Assembly (NCBI RefSeq): GCF_000020025.1
Contig: NC_010631.1
Coordinates: 270,001 to 302,000 of the forward strand
Direction of reading: 5' to 3'
From: Nostoc punctiforme PCC 73102
GTDB lineage: Bacteria > Cyanobacteriota > Cyanobacteriia > Cyanobacteriales > Nostocaceae
Length of the DNA stretch: 32,000 nucleotides
Notes under the pieces: model-generated
The model's input: the letters and a program-made list of their open reading frames with translations, nothing else
Database searches by the model: none
What the model was told of the DNA's origin: nothing
Shown here: positions 31,860 through 32,000 of the stretch, piece by piece
Layout: each line of letters begins with the position of its first letter
Numbering within the stretch: the stretch's first letter is position 1
Program-made: the position numbers and the translations under genes

Positions 31860-32000
31860 ATGCCAATGACATCTCTATTACAGCGACTAAGTGCAGAACG
31901 AAATCGCAGATTTGTAGGACGTGGGTGGGAACTGGAGCTATTTCTTGATGCGATCGCCTCAAGAGAATTACCTTTTCACATTTTGCACGTCTTTGGCCCT
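31860..32000 (+). CDS. N-terminus of a STAND/AAA-type NTPase (partial, runs off the window)
   Basis: MPMTSLLQRLSAERNRRFVGRGWELELFLDAIASRELPFHILHVFGP follows the FVGRE.EL...L......HVxGPxGxGKT lead-in pattern of STAND NTPases. The P-loop itself lies beyond the window. Confidence 0.5.
   Translation, partial: MPMTSLLQRLSAERNRRFVGRGWELELFLDAIASRELPFHILHVFGP

Overview
The window looks like an accessory region of a filamentous (Nostocales-type) cyanobacterium. It is AT-rich, carries many copies of the HIP1 octamer GCGATCGC and heptamer STRR-like repeats, and encodes protein families typical of that group. No rRNA, tRNA or CRISPR array was found. Contents from left to right: (1) An SDR oxidoreductase gene flanked by two degenerate direct copies of a gene module that recurs intact at 12.2 kb, followed by a DUF1963 gene. 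(2) The most notable feature: an apparently intact, cargo-less Tn7-like transposon of about 5.6 kb (3773-9337). It has 51-bp near-perfect terminal inverted repeats (TGT...ACA), a 5-bp target-site duplication (ACTTT) and a three-gene operon. The operon encodes an 869-aa TnsB whose N-terminus looks like a fused TnsA endonuclease, a TnsC/TniB AAA+ ATPase and a long TnsD-like TniQ. There is no cas gene, CRISPR array, resolvase or cargo. (3) Two paralogous FGE-sulfatase (C-type-lectin fold) proteins whose C-terminal segments resemble diversity-generating-retroelement variable regions; no RT or template repeat is in the window. (4) A plasmid- or phage-derived module of about 10 kb (12.2-22.2 kb). 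It holds a wHTH/Rep-like protein, a coiled-coil DUF3102-like protein, an RHH repressor with a CTAGA operator array, an ERF single-strand annealing recombinase, many small ORFs and an inverted DUF5674 two-gene cassette. (5) An ordinary-looking region containing an AtzH-like protein, an IS4/IS701-like insertion sequence that truncates a Mo-nitrogenase-C-domain gene, a photolyase/cryptochrome, a divergent IF-3 paralog with a probable non-AUG start, a double-DUF2795 protein, an aldo/keto reductase, a decayed grpB pseudogene with a palindromic heptamer-repeat element, and the first 47 codons of a STAND-type NTPase. All functional calls come from motif recognition by eye; no database search was run.
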